From: Candidatus Tenderia sp.
GTDB taxonomy: Bacteria; Pseudomonadota; Gammaproteobacteria; Tenderiales; Tenderiaceae
Reading direction: 5' to 3'
Length of the DNA stretch: 39,464 nucleotides
Assembly (NCBI GenBank): GCA_031416075.1
Contig: JANOSY010000007.1
Location: 1 to 39,464 of the forward strand
Numbering within the stretch: position 1 is the first letter of the stretch; the number at the start of each line of letters is the position of its first letter. Below the pieces are notes generated by a model, which saw nothing but the letters and a program-made list of their open reading frames with translations, was not told the origin of the DNA and searched no databases. The translations under genes and the position numbers were made by a program. Positions 36,993 to 39,464 of the stretch are shown one piece after another.

Positions 36993-39236
36993 GTGATCCC
37001 AGGCCGAGATTCCACAGAGATTAAACCGGGCCAAAGCAAAGATGCCCTGTTACAGGGCGAGGTATTGAGTCTGTTGTATGACGGCTTTCCTGCAGCCTTG
37101 CTTGCTAATGTACTACTCGCGACCTTATTGGTGTTTGTACAGTGGCCGGTGATTAATTCCATGGCGGCGAGTGGCTGGCTTGTATTGTTGGGTGTAGTGC
37201 TGGCAGTGCGTTTTGTGATGTATCTGAACTATCGACGCCTTTGCTCCGCATCAGCGGGTTTGAAAACCGACCTTTTGCAACAGTTTAGGCTGGGACTCAT
37301 CGCCACCGGTGTGGTCTGGGGAATACATGTCCTGTTGCTCTTTCCCGTTGAGAATATTGCTCATCAGGTCTTTTTAGTCTTTGTGATTGCTGGTGTTAGC
37401 TCGGGTGCTATTACTTCGCTGAGTGCTGATCGCACGTCAGCGCTTGGCTTTGTAATTCCTGTCACGTTGCCTTTGGTTCCCATGTTGTTCATGGTTGACG
37501 GCACGATATCGTTGACTATGAGTGTAATGGTGTTGCTGTTTTTGGTGTATGTTGCGGCCAGCTCCTCTCGCTTGCAGCATCAACTCCACGAAAATATTCG
37601 TCTGCGCAATGAATCAGGTATGCAGGAGCTTAATATTCGACGTCAGCAGCAACTCAATAAAGTAATTGCCCACGCCCAGTCTGAATTTATTCATAAAACA
37701 GATCGTCGTAAGGCTTTTGATGGTCTGCTCTTGGATATCCTTGAGTTAACTGGCAGTGAATATGGTTTTGTTGGTGAGGTGCTCTATACCCAGCAGGGTG
37801 TTCCCTATCTAAAGACCTATGCCATTACCAATGTCGCCTGGAATGATGCCACGCGTGCTTTTTACGAGACCAATGCCCCGCAAGGCATGGAATTTGGCAA
37901 TATTAAAACGCTGTTTGGTGCGGTGCTAACCAGTGGGCAACCCGTTATCGCCAATGACCCTTATCATGATCCACGCCGTGGCGGTTTGCCTGAAGGGCAC
38001 CCGGTGCTCAACGCTTTTCTCGGTATGCCAGTTCACCACGGTGAGAAATTGGTGGCTATGGTTGGTATCTCTAATCGGCCGGGGGGTTACGATCAGGCGT
38101 TAGTTGATTATCTGCAGCCGCTCATCATCACTGTGGGACAACTCGTGGCGGCATTGCGCATCCAGCAACAGCATCAAGTGAGTCAAAAGGCACTGGATCA
38201 GTTCAAGAGCACGCTTGACCGTACACTCGACTGTGTTTTTATGTTCGATGCCACCAGCTTGAATTTCTTTTACGTCAATGAAGGTGGCTTGCGCCAAGTG
38301 GGATATAGCTGCGAGGAACTATTGGAAATGCGGCCTTACGACATCAAACCGGAATTCAGCGAAACGCAATTTCACGAATTGATTGCGCCGCTCATTAGCG
38401 GTGAAAAAGATATGCTGACATTTGAGACCATGCATCAGCATAAAAATGGCCAGTGTATACCGGTGGAGGTTTTTCTGCAGTACATGGCGCCACAAGATGA
38501 ATCTTCACGTTTTGTGGCCATCGTGCGTGACATAACTGAACGCAAACGTATTGAACGCATGAAGAGTGAGTTTGTCTCCACAGTCAGTCATGAGCTCCGT
38601 ACACCGCTGACTTCGATTTCGGGAGCGCTGGGGTTGATCGCAGGGGGGGCCTTGGGCGCGTTGCCTGAAAAGGTGGGTGAGTTGATTTCTATAGCGCATA
38701 AAAACAGCCTGCGGCTGACTTTTTTGATTAATGATCTATTGGATATGGAGAAACTGGCCGCAGGCAAAGTGGAATTCAATATACAGCCCCACTCCTTGAC
38801 GTACTTAATAAAACAGTCGCTGGAAGCAAATCGGGCTTACGGTGTCGAGCGCCAAGTGACAATGAGATTGATTGAGCCGCTTGCTGAAGTGATGGTGCAG
38901 GTTGATGGTCAGCGGATCATGCAGGTATTGTCGAATCTATTGTCTAATGCCATTAAGTTTTCACACGAAAATGGGGTGGTTGATGTAATCGTTATTTTGA
39001 GGTCAGGATGGGTTCGAATCAGTGTTATCGACGATGGCCCCGGTATTCCCGCAGCATTTCGTGAACATATTTTTCAGAAGTTTGCCCAGGCAGACTCCTC
39101 TGATACGCGGCAAAAGGGAGGAACCGGGCTTGGTCTTGCGATTACTCGGGAGTTGGTCGAGCGGATGGGAGGAGAGGTTGGCTTTGACTCGGTTGAAAAC
39201 GAAGGTGCCAGCTTCTTTTTCGATCTTCCTGTGTAA
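36993..39236 (+). CDS. Membrane sensor histidine kinase (TM region + GAF + PAS + HisKA/HATPase)
   Basis: About 5-6 TMs; GAF (GGLP.GHP...FLG.P), PAS, SHELRTPL, NLLSNAIKFS, DDGPGI, GGTGLGL. Confidence 0.93.
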   Translation: MIPGRDSTEIKPGQSKDALLQGEVLSLLYDGFPAALLANVLLATLLVFVQWPVINSMAASGWLVLLGVVLAVRFVMYLNYRRLCSASAGLKTDLLQQFRLGLIATGVVWGIHVLLLFPVENIAHQVFLVFVIAGVSSGAITSLSADRTSALGFVIPVTLPLVPMLFMVDGTISLTMSVMVLLFLVYVAASSSRLQHQLHENIRLRNESGMQELNIRRQQQLNKVIAHAQSEFIHKTDRRKAFDGLLLDILELTGSEYGFVGEVLYTQQGVPYLKTYAITNVAWNDATRAFYETNAPQGMEFGNIKTLFGAVLTSGQPVIANDPYHDPRRGGLPEGHPVLNAFLGMPVHHGEKLVAMVGISNRPGGYDQALVDYLQPLIITVGQLVAALRIQQQHQVSQKALDQFKSTLDRTLDCVFMFDATSLNFFYVNEGGLRQVGYSCEELLEMRPYDIKPEFSETQFHELIAPLISGEKDMLTFETMHQHKNGQCIPVEVFLQYMAPQDESSRFVAIVRDITERKRIERMKSEFVSTVSHELRTPLTSISGALGLIAGGALGALPEKVGELISIAHKNSLRLTFLINDLLDMEKLAAGKVEFNIQPHSLTYLIKQSLEANRAYGVERQVTMRLIEPLAEVMVQVDGQRIMQVLSNLLSNAIKFSHENGVVDVIVILRSGWVRISVIDDGPGIPAAFREHIFQKFAQADSSDTRQKGGTGLGLAITRELVERMGGEVGFDSVENEGASFFFDLPV

Positions 39237-39314
39237 TGGCTATATTCAAACACTATTTTTGTTTTAACTGCTTTTGTTAATAAATTTTCCAGAGGGATGG
39301 ATCTGTCGATAGTG

Positions 39315-39454
39315 TGGCTCTTACGCTAACCGCCATGGAGAGCGAAGCGATGGCGGTTAGTCCCCGATAGGCGACCCCGTCCGCAGACTCGTAGTTGGGA
39401 GCGTTAGCGAGCGACGAAGAGGATGCGGCAGCGGGTATAGTCGCCGTAGAGTCA
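39315..39454. repeat. Structured palindromic intergenic element (REP/MITE/ncRNA-like)
   Basis: CTAACCGCCAT/ATGGCGGTTAG 11-bp stem; GGCGAC/GTCGCC-closed second arm; imperfect outer IR TGGCTCTTACG/CGTAGAGTCA. Confidence 0.6.
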
Positions 39455-39464
39455 TTGTGGCAGG

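Noticed and set aside
39324-39362. CTAAC...GTTAG hairpin as an attC site
   Set aside because: About 35-39 bp is shorter than known attC sites, and no L boxes or extrahelical bases are evident
1-39464. tRNA, rRNA, CRISPR arrays, prophage genes
   Set aside because: None recognised by eye

Overview
Gammaproteobacterial chromosomal window, mostly housekeeping: slyD, modBC, mltD-gloB-methyltransferase-rnhA-dnaQ, pilU, gshA-gshB-apbE-...-tonB-yqgE-ruvX-pyrR-pyrB-pyrC', cheV, a DEAD-box helicase and a sensor kinase. The most notable signal is in the AT-rich first 0.9 kb, which looks like a decayed integron: a truncated, frameshifted integrase N-terminus, an attI-like site with an adjacent perfect palindrome, a lipoprotein gene cassette, and an IS630-like element apparently inserted in the cassette attC. 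Also present are two copies of an IS5-like MITE carrying REP-type hairpins, a Nudix pseudogene, an ECF sigma/anti-sigma/prolyl-hydroxylase-like/His-rich membrane protein/diheme cytochrome c cluster, a lipoprotein with 8 Methanosarcina-type beta-propeller repeats, an LRR-kinase whose apparent start codon is ATC, and a structured ~140 bp element at the right edge. All family assignments come from motif recognition by eye; no database searches were run.
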